NCBI GenBank assembly: GCA_038087875.1
Contig: JAXLNO010001025.1
Span: forward strand, 62,001 to 126,000
Source of the DNA: Malacoraja senta
Taxonomy: Eukaryota
Length of the DNA stretch: 64,000 bases
Direction: 5' to 3'
Position 1 is the first letter of the stretch, and each line of letters starts with the position of its first letter. Below, one piece after another: positions 13,393 through 25,400 of the stretch. The position numbers and the translations under genes were made by a program. The notes beneath the pieces were generated by a model, which worked only from the letters and a program-made list of their open reading frames with translations, was not told the DNA's origin and searched no databases.

Positions 13393-13999
13393 TTAAAGGG
13401 CTTCAAACCACCGTTTAAAACATCGCGTTTAACGATGACGTCATCAGCGCGGTAACCAGAAGCTCCGGTAAGGTTTTTAAAAACAATCCCGATTTTCGGA
13501 CCCGTTTTACACGATAAATCGTGAAGTTTTTCGGGAGTGGAGCTGGGTGCACGTCTGTTAGTCCAACATGACGCCACCGGAATGTTAAAGTTGGCACAGT
13601 TGCCATACCAAATTGCCACAGTTATAATCTGAATCAGCACAAATTATACCCAGTAGTTGTTTTAAAATTTGAAAAACATCCTCCCACCCCCACTCTCAGT
13701 CTGAAACATATAAAATAGGTGCAGGAGTAGGCCATTCGGCCCTTCGAGCCAGCACAGCCATTGAATATGATCATGGCTGATCATCTAAAATCAATACCCC
13801 GTTCCTGCTTTTTCCCCATATCCCTTGCTTTGCTTAGCCCTAAGAGCTAAATCTAACTCTCTCTTGAGAAGGGTCTCGACCCAAAACATCACCCTTTCCT
13901 TCTATCCAGAGATGCTGCCTGTCCCGCCGAGTTACTCCAGCATTTTGTGTCTATCTTCGGAGTAAACCAGATAGACTGCAGATGCTGGAAAAATCGAAG

Positions 14000-14441
14000 G
14001 TAGACAAAAATGCTGGAGAAACTCAGCGGGTGAGGCAGCATCTATGGAGCGAAGGAATAGGTGACCTTTTGGGTTGAGACCCTTCTTCAGACTGATTTGG
14101 GGTGGGGGGGTGTGGGCGGGGCGGGAAGAAGAAGAAAGGAAGAGGCGGAGATAGTGGGCTGTGGGAGAGCTGGGAAGGGGAGTGGAAAGAGGGAGAAAGC
14201 AAGGAATACCTGAAATTGGAGAAATCAATGTTCATACCGCTATTTCAGGTAGTCCTTGCTTTCTCCCTCTTTCCCCTCCTTTTCCCAGCTCTCCCACAGC
14301 CCACTGTCTCCGTCTCTTCCTTTGTTCTTACCCCCACCCACACATCATTCTGAGGAAGGGTCTCGACCCAAAACGTCACCTATTCCTTCGCTCCATAGAT
14401 GCTGCCTCACCCACTGAGTTTCTCCAGCATTTTTGTCTACC
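14000..14441. mobile_element. Head-to-head inverted Penelope pLTR fragments (about 440-bp palindrome); copies at about 20477-20920 and 57220-57662
   Basis: Arms of about 210 bp around a 25-nt spacer (14217-14241), each with a hammerhead-like core. Confidence 0.8.
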
Positions 14442-14589
14442 ATTGGTGTCTAAACCCATGACTGTAAGCTTCAGGGAAGAGCATCTGTTGACTTTACCTG
14501 GTCTCGTTATGTGACTCCAGGCCCCCAGTCATGTAGCCGACCCTTATCAGCTCTGAAATGGCCCAGGGAAACATCCAGTTCAAAAGCGG

Positions 14590-14900
14590 TTGTGGACGGG
14601 AAATAAATGTTAGTTCACTTCACTTGCACCTCCTCCAACCTCATCAACCTCAAGGTGTGGACTCTTACACATCTGCGAGACCAAACGTAGACTGGGCGAT
14701 AGTTTCGCTGAAAACCTTCGCTCAGTCTGCCTGGACCAACCTGATCTCCCGGTTGCCAAACACTTTAATTCCCCATCATATTCCCACATTGACCTTTCTG
14801 TCCTGGGCCCCCTCCACTGTCAGAGTGAGATGAAACACAAATTGGAGGAACAGCATCTCATATTTGACTTGGACAGCTTACAACCCAGCAGTATGAATAT
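14590..14900 (+). mobile_element. Degraded Penelope GIY-YIG fragment (copies at about 21090-21390 and 57830-58130)
   Basis: FTCTSSNLIYCIHCSRCGLLHICETKRRLG...HFNSPSH...KLEEQHLIF. Confidence 0.85.
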
Positions 14901-14904
14901 TGAT

Positions 14905-15720
14905 TTCATGAATTGTTTCCATGTCCCAGGTACACTAGTCCCACCTGCCTGTGTTTGGCCCACATCCTTCCAAACCTGTCCTATCAATGTACCTGTCCAA
15001 CTGTTTCTTAAATATTGGGATAGTCCCCAGCCACAACTACCTCCTCCCGCAGCTCATTCCATACACCCACCACCCTCTGTGTGAAAAAGTTACCCCTCAG
15101 ATTCCAATTCAATCTTTTCCCCTTCACCTTGAACCTATGTCCTCTGGTCCTCGATTCCCCTACTCTGGGCAAAAGACTTTGTGTATCTACCCGATCTATT
15201 CCTCTCATGATTTTGTCCACCTCTATAAGGTCACCCCTCATCTTCCTGCGCTCCAAGGATTAGAGTCCCAGCATACTCAACCTTTCCCTATAGCCGACCC
15301 TGAAATCTTGGCAACATCCTCATGAATCTTCTCCGTACCCTTTCCAGCTTGTTGACATCTTCCCAATAACATGGTGCCCAGAACTGAACACAATACTCTA
15401 AATGTGGTCCCATCAATGACTTATATAATAGACAATAGATAATAGGTGCAGGAGTAGGCCATTCGGCCCTTCGAGTCAGCACCGCCATTCAATGTGATCA
15501 TGGCTGATCATCCACAATCAGCCTCCTCCCCATATCCCCTGACTCCGCTATCTTTAAGAGCCCTATCTAGCTCTCTCTTGAAAGTATCCAGAGAACCTGC
15601 CTCCACCGCCCTCTGAGGCAGAGAATATGCACATGACCTCTCAACTTCTATTCTCAATACTCAGACTGATGAAACCCAATGTGTCAAAAGTCTTTTTGAC
15701 CACCCTATCTACCTGTGACT
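14905..15720 (-). mobile_element. CR1/HER1-type LINE 3' fragments (repeated in the other Z copies)
   Basis: MERRKMRGDLIEV...TRGHRFKV...NFFTQRVV; PHLEYCVQFW; shark-type tail cctgcacctatt. Confidence 0.85.
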
Positions 15721-16133
15721 CCACCTTCAAGGAACCATGCACCTGTACTCCTAGATCCCTCTGCTCTACAACACTCCCCGGAGGCCTACCTTTATCTGGT
15801 CATGTCCCCAATGTCTTTTCCCCGAGGTGTGTTCCTCCAATACCCGGCCCCGTGGGATTTCCTGCAATGTCTGGCCCTCGGACTTACGCCTTTTGGATCA
15901 GGTGCTGGTGTTGACTCTTCAGTATCTGTTGTATCCTATTCTGAACCTGTCCATGTACTCCTCTCCTGATGCGTTTTAGCCCAATATCTGGTGTATTTGG
16001 TGCACTCATAGAGTCATAGATTAATACAGTGTGGAAACAGGCCCTTCAGCCCAACACGCCCACACCGGCCAACAATGTCCCAGCTACCCTAGTCCCACTT
16101 GCCTGCACTTGGTCCATATCCCTCCAAACCTGT

Positions 16134-17110
16134 CATCTTGGGGAACGGCTGCTAACCAGCAGCCGTCCGTTAATTTCACTTTTTGCTTTAGTTTTTAGTT
16201 AACTATGTCTGTCTTTCCTGGGGAATTTGACTTTTCTTGTGGGGGAGCAATGGGGAAAACTATTTTTAGGTCCCTACCTGGTCGGTGAGGCGGCTTTCTC
16301 TCCGGGCTGCCCCGTCGACCCGTCCTTGCGGCCTACCAGCGGGCCTGGAGCGGCGTTTCCTGGCGGGGACCGCCTCGCACCTTCAGCTTAGGTGGCGGCA
16401 CAGCGCAGGAGCGCTATTGCGGAGCGGAGCGGGCGATGCCTTGCCTCGGTCGCCGCACTGGATCGACGCGCTGGAGCTCCGGTGAGCTGCGACCGCCGAG
16501 CTCAACAACTCCGGGCTGCAGGACTTGCGGAGCGACCAGCCGCGGGCGGCGGCGCCGACTCCAACATCGGGAGCCTCTGAGCTCCAAATCGGCGCGGCCT
16601 TGTCGGCTTCAGGTGCCACGGACTCCAATAGGAGATTAGCTGTTCCAGCCGCTGCGAGGACTCTCCCGACACCGGGGCAACTGCACCCGGCGAGAACGGC
16701 CAGGAACATCGGGCCTCCGTAGAGGCAACTGTGGAGGCCTCAATATGCCGTCTTTGGGAGAACTGGGGTTGGGGACTGGACATTGTGCCTTCCCCCACAG
16801 TGGTAATCATTGTGGGGGGATGATTTTTGTGTGTGTGTAAATGTTAATTGATTGTTTTACTTTATGTCCAAGATGGCTGCCGGAAGGGGGAGTGGACGCT
16901 GGCGCGTATTAGCAACCGCTGCTCTCTCTTCCATACCGTGTTTTTGATTTTTGTGTTCGGATTGAATCCTGTTTTTATTTGTGTACTTGTGATGTCTTTA
17001 CTATTTTTTTTTTTCTGCTTACATGTTTCTACTGTAAAATCCGTAAGGTGTCCTTGAGATTTGAAAGGCGCCCATAAATAAAATGTATTATTATTATTAT
17101 TATTATTATT
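16134..17110 (+). mobile_element. About 975-bp GC-rich non-coding retroposon with an L2-like tail and (TAT)n end; copy at about 59367-60335, absent from Z copy 2
   Basis: Present/absent between the duplicated blocks. It ends gtaaggtgtccttgag...aaggcgcccataaataaaatg(tat)n. Confidence 0.7.
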
Positions 17111-17514
17111 ACCTGTCCAACTGTTTCTTAAACGATGGACTACCTCCTCTGGCAGCTTGTTCAATACACCCACCACCCTCTGTGTGAAAAATGTACCCCT
17201 CGGATTTCTTTTAAATCTTTTCCCCTTCACCTTGAACCCATGTCCACTGGTCCTCAATTCCCCTACTCTGGGTAAAAGACTGTGCATCTACCCGATCTAT
17301 TCCTCTTATGATTTTGTACACCTCTATAAGATCACCCCTCATCCTCCTACGCTCCATAGAATAGAGACCCAGCCTACTCAACCTCTCCCTGTAGCTCACA
17401 CCCTCGAGTCCTGGCAACATCCTCATAAAGTCCTGGCAACATCCTCAGCTGAAGTCCCTAAAGTGATGAGTAGTGATGATCAACTCCAAACATTTCATGT
17501 TCTTGTAATTTTCT

Positions 17515-18781
17515 TTTATTTATGTATCTAATTTCAAATGAAAACATGCAGTTCAGCAGAAAAATTAAAAACAAGTTGCAGACAATGAGTTAAACAACAT
17601 CTGCTTTACAAATTGTCAATTCTTCCCTTCCCTCCCATACCACCCCCTCCCCGGGTACTTTCCCTTGCAACCGCAAGAGATGGAACACTTGTCCCTTCAC
17701 CTCCCCCCTCGACTCCATTCAAGGACCCAAGCAGTCGTTCCAGGTGCGACAGAGGTTCACCTGCATCTCCTCCAACCTCATCTATTGCATCCGCTGCTCT
17801 AGATGCCAGCTGATCTACATCGGTGAGACCAAGCGGAGGCTTGGCGATCGTTTCGCCGAACACCTCCGGTCGGTCCGCAATAACCAACCTGAGCTCCCGG
17901 TGGCTCAGCACTTCAACTCCCCCTCCCATTCCGTATCTGACCTCTCTGTCCTGGGTCTCCTCCATGGCCACAGCGAGCAACACCGTAAATTGGAGGAAAT
18001 ACACCTCATATTCCGCTTGGGCAGTCTACATCCTGGGGGCTTGAACATTGAATTCTACCAATTCTGTTAGCCCTTGCTGTCGCCTCCCCTTCATCAGCCC
18101 TCTGGTTGTCTCCTCCCGTCCCCCAGCCCTCGGGCTCCTCCTCCGCCTTTTTCCTTTTTTCCTTTCTTCCCCCCACCCCCTATCAGTCTGAAGAAGGGTT
18201 TCGGCCCGAAACGTTGCCTATTTCCTTCGCTCCATAGATGCTGCTGCACCCGCTGAGTTCCTCCAGCATTTTTGTGTACCTTCTGCTTTACAAAACCTGA
18301 TTGAGCAAGTCCCCAAGCATCGGCCCCCCCTCCACCACATTGCTTCCTGTTCCTTCTCCCCTCCCCATGTCCCCTTCTTGCTCCACAATACCAGCACATC
18401 CCTCCCCCTCCCATACTCCCCTCTTCTCCTTCACTCATCACATCCCCTGCTCCCCTTTCCCAAATATTAATCCTGCCTTCCTCTCCCACTCCTGAATGCC
18501 ACCCACTACAATGTCTCATACCCTGACATTTTCCCACTGTAATGTCCTATCCTGTCATTCCCTCCCCCCCCCCCCACTCCCCTCAGGCACAACCCGTTTC
18601 TTCCCCAGCATCCCCAGTGCATTTCCAAGTTTATCTCCTGAAATGAGCGTTGCAGTGCAGTAGCCTCGGATGCCGAGTGAGTGAGTGAAAGACAGGGAGA
18701 CTCCATTTGCCAACGTCAGCAGCTGCATGGCGATCTCTTGAGTGAATGTGGCGTGTGTGTCGGCTGGTCATTGCTGCACCT
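17515..18781 (-). pseudogene. Orphan copy of TM2 (18768-18779) plus 3'UTR and polyA signal (17515-17520), interrupted by a Penelope insertion
   Basis: High identity to 29012-29613. No TM1 or C exons lie between it and the next gap. Confidence 0.65.
17613..18281 (+). mobile_element. 5'-truncated Penelope-like element (GIY-YIG endonuclease C-terminus plus pLTR) with 13-bp TSD
   Basis: ORF 17744-18070 NLIYCIRCSRCQLIYIGETKRRLGDRFAEH. TSD TCTGCTTTACAAA at 17600-17612 and 18282-18294. The empty site is at about 60830. Confidence 0.92.
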
Positions 18782-18886
18782 GTAATATACACAGGAAAGT
18801 CAGACATTGTGTGTGGCAAGGTGCAGCACAGATGGTGATCTGTAGGGACAGGCAAACTAAAATAACAGAGTTCACTGCACCACCTG

Positions 18887-19325
18887 ACGGGATTTGAACC
18901 TGTGATCTTTGTTTCCAAGATGTTAAAGTTGGCACAGTTGCCTTACCAAATTGCCACAGTTATAATCTGAATCAGCACAAATTATACCCAGTAGTTGTTT
19001 TAAAATTTGAAAAACATCCTCCCACCCCCACTCTCAGTCTGAAACATATAAAATAGGTGCAGGAGTAGGCCATTCGGCCCTTCGAGCCAGCACAGCCATT
19101 GAATATGATCATGGCTGATCATCTAAAATCAATACCCCGTTCCTGCTTTTTCCCCATATCCCTTGCTTTCCTTAGCCCTAAGAGCTAAATCTAACTCTCT
19201 CTTGAGAAGAAGGGTCTCGACCCAAACATCACCCATTCCTTCTATCCAGAGACGCTGCCTGTCCCGCTGAGTTACTCCAGCATTTTGTGTCTATCTTCGG
19301 AGTAAACCAGATAGACTGCAGTTCT
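18887..19325 (+). repeat. Segmental duplication block Y (empty-site copy), matching 7244-7282 plus 13582-13980
   Basis: gacgggatttgaacctgtgatctttgtttccaagatgttaaagttggcac is contiguous here and split by the L1 in the other copy. Confidence 0.9.
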
Positions 19326-19774
19326 GCAGACTACACTTCCTTCCTACACATGTTTCCATCCATTGGCAGAGAGGAGAGAAGCAGAGACAGAAAGCAGAAG
19401 TCAAGGCTGTTATTTGCAAGCAGCGAAGTGTGGGAAATATACTGGAGGAGTGGCAGCACATCCGGAGGAAAAATCAGAGGAGATGGGAGACCAGTGTCAG
19501 AGCAGACATTCCTGGAGTGAGCAGAGGCCAGTGGCATTGTAAGGCCCTCGTTTGTTCCAACGTCCTGTCTTTATAGACGGTCGAAATGTGAGGGTGGAAG
19601 GGAGTCTGGCTGCTGAGCAACAGATGCTGTGTGTTGGCTGCTGTCATGCTGTTGTGGAACATGGAAGATGTCGTCTTGAGAGACAGAAAGAGAGAGGCAA
19701 AAACAGAGAGAGACAAAGACAGAGAGACAGAGAGTGGGACAGAGAGAGATAGAAACAGACAGTGAAAGAGACAG

Positions 19775-20076
19775 NNNNNNNNNNNNNNNNNNNNNNNNNN
19801 NNNNNNNNNNNNNNNNNNNNNNNNNNNNNNNNNNNNNNNNNNNNNNNNNNNNNNNNNNNNNNNNNNNNNNNNNNNNNNNNNNNNNNNNNNNNNNNNNNNN
19901 NNNNNNNNNNNNNNNNNNNNNNNNNNNNNNNNNNNNNNNNNNNNNNNNNNNNNNNNNNNNNNNNNNNNNNNNNNNNNNNNNNNNNNNNNNNNNNNNNNNN
20001 NNNNNNNNNNNNNNNNNNNNNNNNNNNNNNNNNNNNNNNNNNNNNNNNNNNNNNNNNNNNNNNNNNNNNNNNNNNN
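19775..20076. other. Assembly gap (302 N)
   Basis: N run flanked by GA-rich repeat. Confidence 1.
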
Positions 20077-22449
20077 AGACTGTTGCAGTGTGTTATAAAG
20101 TGGAAGCAGAAGAATCATTGTGAACGCCAGTGTATGGAGCAGGAGAGAGAAAGAGAGAGAGACAGGGAGGTAGATGGAATGAAGGAGTGTAAAGGCAGTG
20201 TGAGTGGGCTGGGTGTGGTATGTAGTATTAACACTGGTCTGTATTGTTGGCCTCTCTGTATTGTGGTTCAGTAGGGATACACTGGCACAATGTTCCAGTG
20301 AATGATGTCATTCAGAAGTTGGGTCTGTGATCTGGAGACCGTGTCCCCACCACACCACAGCAGTGAGGAGTTTAAAGTCAGTTCATTAAATCTGTGCAAT
20401 TAAAGGCCTGTGTCTGTAGTTGTGACATTGGGAAAGAGATTGTTTATGAAGGACCTGCAGATGCTGGAAAAATCGAAGGTAGACAAAAATCCTGAGAAAC
20501 TCAGCGGGTGAGGCAGCATCTATGGAGCGAAGGAATAGGTGACCTTTTGGGTCGAGACCCTTCTTCAGACTGATGTGGGGTGGGGGGGTGCGGGCGGGGT
20601 GGGAAGAAGAAGAATGGAAGAGGCGGAGACAGAGGGCTGTGGGAGAGCTGGGATGGGAAGGGGAAAGAGGGAGAAAGCAAGGAGTACCTGAAATTGGAGA
20701 AGTCAATGTTCATACCACTATTTCAGGTAGTCCTTGGTTTCTCACTCTTTCCCCTCCTCTTCCCAGCTCTCCCACAGCCCACTGTCTCCGTCTCTTCCTT
20801 TCTTCTTCCCCCACCCACACATCAGTCTGAGGAAGTGTCTCGACCTGAAACATCATCTATTCCTTCGCTCCATAGATGCTGCCTCACCCGCTGAGTTTCT
20901 CCAGCAATTTTTGTCTACCATTGGTGTCTAAACACATGACTGTAAGCTTCAGGGAAGAGCATCTGGTGACTTTACCTGGTCTCGTTATGTGACTCCAGGC
21001 CCCCAGTCATGTAGCCGACCCTTATCAGCTCTGAAATGGCCCAGGGAAACATCCAGTTCAAAAGCGGTTGTGGACGGGAAATAAATGTTAGTTCACTTCA
21101 CTTGCACCTCCTCCAACCTCATCTACTGTATCCACTGTTCAAGGTGTGGACTCTTACACATCTGCGAGACCAAACGTAGACTGGGCGATAGTTTCACTGA
21201 AAACCTTCGCTCAGTCTGCCTGGACCAACCTGAACTCCCGGTTGCCAAACACTTTAATTCCCCGTCCCATTCCCACACTGACCTTTCTGTCCTGGGCCTC
21301 CTCCACTGTCAGTGAGACGAAACACAAATTGGAGGAACAGCATCTCATATTTCACTTGGACAGTTTACAACCCAGCAGTATGAATATTGATTTCATGAAT
21401 TGTTTCCATGTCCCAGCTACACTAGTCCCACCTGCCTGTGTTTGGCCCACATCCTTCCAACCCTGTCCTATCCATGTACCTGTCCAACTGTTTCTTAAAT
21501 ATTGGATAGTCCCAGCCTCAACTACCTCCTCCGGCAGCTCATTCCATACACCCACCACCCTCTGTGTGGAAAAGTTACCCCTCAGATTCCTATTCATATT
21601 TTCCCCTTCACCTTGAACCTATGTCCTCTGGTCCTCGATTCTCCTACTCTGGGCAAGAGACTCTGTGCATCTACCCGATCTATTCCTCTCATGATTTTGT
21701 ACACATCTATAAGGTCACCCCTCATCCTCCTGCGCTCCAAGGATTAGTCCCAGCCTAGGCAACCTCTCCCTATAGCCGACCCTGATATCCTGGCAACATC
21801 CTCATAAATCTTCTCTGTATCCTTTCCAGCTTGTTGACATCTTCCCAATAACATGGTGCCCAGAACTGAACACAATACTCTAAATGTGACTCATCAATGA
21901 CTTATATAATAGACAATAGACAATAGGTGCAGTAGGCCATTCGGCCCTTCGAGTCTGCACCGCCATTCAATGTGATCATGGCTGGTCATGCTCAATCAGT
22001 AACCCATTCCTGCCTCCTCCCCATATCCCCTGACTCCGCTATCTTTAAGAGCCTTACCTAGCTCTCTCTTGAAAGTATCCAGAGAACCTGCCTCCACCAC
22101 CCTCTGAGGCAGAGAATTCGAACATGACCTCCCAGCTTCTATACTCAATACTCTGACTGATGAAAACCAATGTGTCAAAAGTCTTTTTGACCATCCTATC
22201 TACCTGCGACTCCACCTTCAAGGAACCATGCACCTGTACTCCGAGATCCCTCTGCTCTACAACACTCCCCGGAGGCCTACCATTGTCTGGTCATGTCCCC
22301 AATGTCTTTTCCCCGAGGTGTGTTCCTCCAAAACCCGGCCCCATGGGCTTTCCTGCAATGCCTGGCCCTCGGACTTACACCATTTGGATCAGGTGCTGGT
22401 GTTGACTCTTCAGTATCTGTTGTATCCTATTCTGAACCGGTCCATGTAC

Positions 22450-25400
22450 AAGATGCAAGATGGTGCAAGATGTACGAGGTGCAAGATGGCTGCTGTTGCT
22501 GCGTGAGGGTTTGACACAAGGTCTAGTCTGCTGGCGCAACTATTTGTCTATTGATGGCGTTTTGAGATTCCTTCTCCCCTCTAACTCTCCTGGTGTCAAT
22601 GAACAATTTTTGGTGAATCTAAAAAGCAAGGTAGAACAACTTTAGCATTATCAATAACTAATTACTAATTACTAGACTATCTTCTACCTTCTACTATTCA
22701 TTGAGTGGGAAAGACTATTGGTCTTACAATGGGCGAGCCAATTGCCCTCCAAAGTGCCTTGGATAACATGCAGCAAATGCAGCTCAACATGATATTACAT
22801 ATGGACACTAAAATTGATCCAATTGGGGTAAGCCTGACTAACATTGAGGCTCACTTCAAACGCTTGGAGAGCATGTAACGGAGTTTGAGCATAGAGTTAG
22901 CTCCAACGAGGATAATATAATAGACCTGGTTGGACGTGTAAAATCACTTGAAAAAGAAAACGCTGACCTGAAAACTTGGGCAGATGACGCTGAGAACAGA
23001 AGCAGACGTTCCAACTTACGTTTCGTCGGCATCCCTTAGAGGGTCGAGTCCAAAGATATCTCCGGATTCATGGGCCATCTGATATCGCAGCTTCTTGGTG
23101 AGGAGAATTTGCCCACTCCTCTAGTGATTGAGCGTTGTCACCATGCTGGTCGCAAGGATAACTCCAGAGCCAAGGGTCCGAGGCCTATCCTGGTGAAGTT
23201 CCACTATTTCCAGGATAAGCTGAGGATAATGAAGCTATCCCGGGAGAAAAATGTGCCCCTTGAGTACAACGGAGCTTGGGTTCATGTCTACCCGGACTTC
23301 AGCGCTGGTCTTGTCCAGAGACGCCAGGAGTATGTTGCGGTTAAGAAGAAGTTACGCAACCGTGACATTAAATACGCATTGATCTTTCCCTGCACACTGA
23401 GAGTTGTCTACGCTGGCAAGACACAGTTCTTTCGCACTCCTGATGAAGTTGAGACATTTTTTGGTGAGCTCTCCTCCATTAACTCTCCATGGACTCTGAT
23501 ATAACAGCCTAATGTTGGTGGCCAGTGGCTGGTGATAGCGTTAGCACAATAATGCTGTTTGCCTATGAACTTTGTGTTTAGCTGGTTTTTGGTTGTATTT
23601 TTCTTGATTTTGATAAAATGATGCCAGCGGCTCCTCTTGTAATTATATAACCGCTGGACCAGCATTGATTTTTCTGTCTTATTTGCAAAGTTGAAGCTGG
23701 CATGAGAGTTGTTATGATTGATGCTGCTTTACTACTGTTTCCGTAAAAAGTGTCGCAATAGCCGTAAAACGTTGTAAAACTAAGAGTTGTTATTTTGGGC
23801 TTCATAATGCCTCATTAATTTAAACATAAATGGTCCAGGACCTCATACTTTGATCTATTTGCATAAATATGAGCTATGCAGACTGAGGTGTGTATCCTCA
23901 CTTTTTTCTTCTTTTTCTCTCTCTCTCTCTCTCTCAATGACGCAGCCTGATCTTGTGTGCTTTGTCTGTCCTGTCTTTTGTGTGTGTGTGTCTGTGTCAA
24001 TCTGTGTATGTGGCTCTCTCATCCCCTTTCTCATGCTATTTCCTTGCCTCACTCCCCCGACCTTATCTACACCCAATTGATCCACAATTGATACAGCTAA
24101 AGGTCTAAAAATCATCCATTTGAACATTAGGAGTCTTCTTCCAAAGATAGATTTAATTAGAGTTTGGATTGCACAGAATAAACCTGACATAATAACATTT
24201 TCAGAAACATGGTTACATAGTGAAATTTGTGACATGATATTCATATTGATAATGTTGTATTATATAGAGCAGATAGGCCTACGAGAGCTGGAGGAGTGGC
24301 TTGTTATGTGTCAACTTGCTTTATATCTGAACCTGCCATCCCTAAAGCATCCTCATTCCTCTTTGAAAGCCTTTTTATTAGGTTAAAACTTCATGAGAAT
24401 AAACATCTAATTATAGGCACTATCTATCGATCTCCTCCTGTTCATCTGACTCAACTAAGTCCCTAATTTCCACTCTCACCTCTATTGAACACCCATGTGA
24501 ATTCGTGCGTCTTGGTGACTTCAATAAAAACTGGCTCGATCGCTCCTCTTCTAACGACAAACACTTGCTTATAAGTATAAACCTGACCCAGTTAATCAAC
24601 GAACCTACCAGAGTTCATGGCAATTCTACATCACTATTAGATTGGATTCTTGTTACCCATCCTGACCGAATCTTAACATCTGGTGTTTTGTCAGATTGCT
24701 TTAGCGATCATTCTGCTATTTTCTGTGTGTGGAAGATTAAACCTTCCCGTCTCCCTCCTAAACATATTCGTGTTAGACAATGTAGAAAATTTAATTATGA
24801 TAATTATATGCATGACCTGATTGCAATAAACTGGGACAGGTTTCAACTTATACCAACTGTCGAGCATGCCTGGAATTATTTATACACTGAAGTCACAAGA
24901 GTTATCGATAAGCATGCCCCCTGGAGAGAAATAAAAGTCAAGGGAAAACATTTACCATGGATTAGTGCTGATTTGATCAACTTTTTTAATGAGCGGGATA
25001 AAGGCTGGAAGACTTTCAGGGAAACAAAGGACCCTGCTGATTGGGAAAAATATAGGTCCTTAAGGAATCAGTGTACGACAAAAACACGTAATGCTAAATC
25101 AAGTCATTTTAAAAAACATCTTTCTGAAGACATGCATAATCCAAAAAGGTTTTGGAAAAGACTAAACAATGTTCTTAATAAATCAAATCAAAATATCAGC
25201 ACTCAGATTCAGGTCAACAATAATATCATTCAGGACCCTGCTGTTATATCCAATGCTTTCAACCAGCACTTCTCCACTGTATGTAGCTCTACTGTATTTG
25301 ATTCATCTATTATATGTGACTTTCCAGCTACCTCTACAAGTAGAAGATCTTTTTCTTTTCAAAAAATTAAACCTGTTGACGTTCAACATGTTATTAATGA

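Larger units (their letters stand above)
7281..13581 (-). mobile_element. Full-length L1-clade LINE (about 6.3 kb) with polyA tail and ATGTT target-site duplication
   Basis: PolyT at 7281 onward, ORF1 and ORF2 present, TSD at 7278-7282 and 13582-13586. The empty site is at about 18913-18930. Confidence 0.95.

Noticed and set aside
16285-16810. Overlapping GC-rich ORFs (also 59262-59955)
   Set aside because: They lie within a repeated non-coding retroposon, frames are not conserved between the two copies, and no domain is recognisable.
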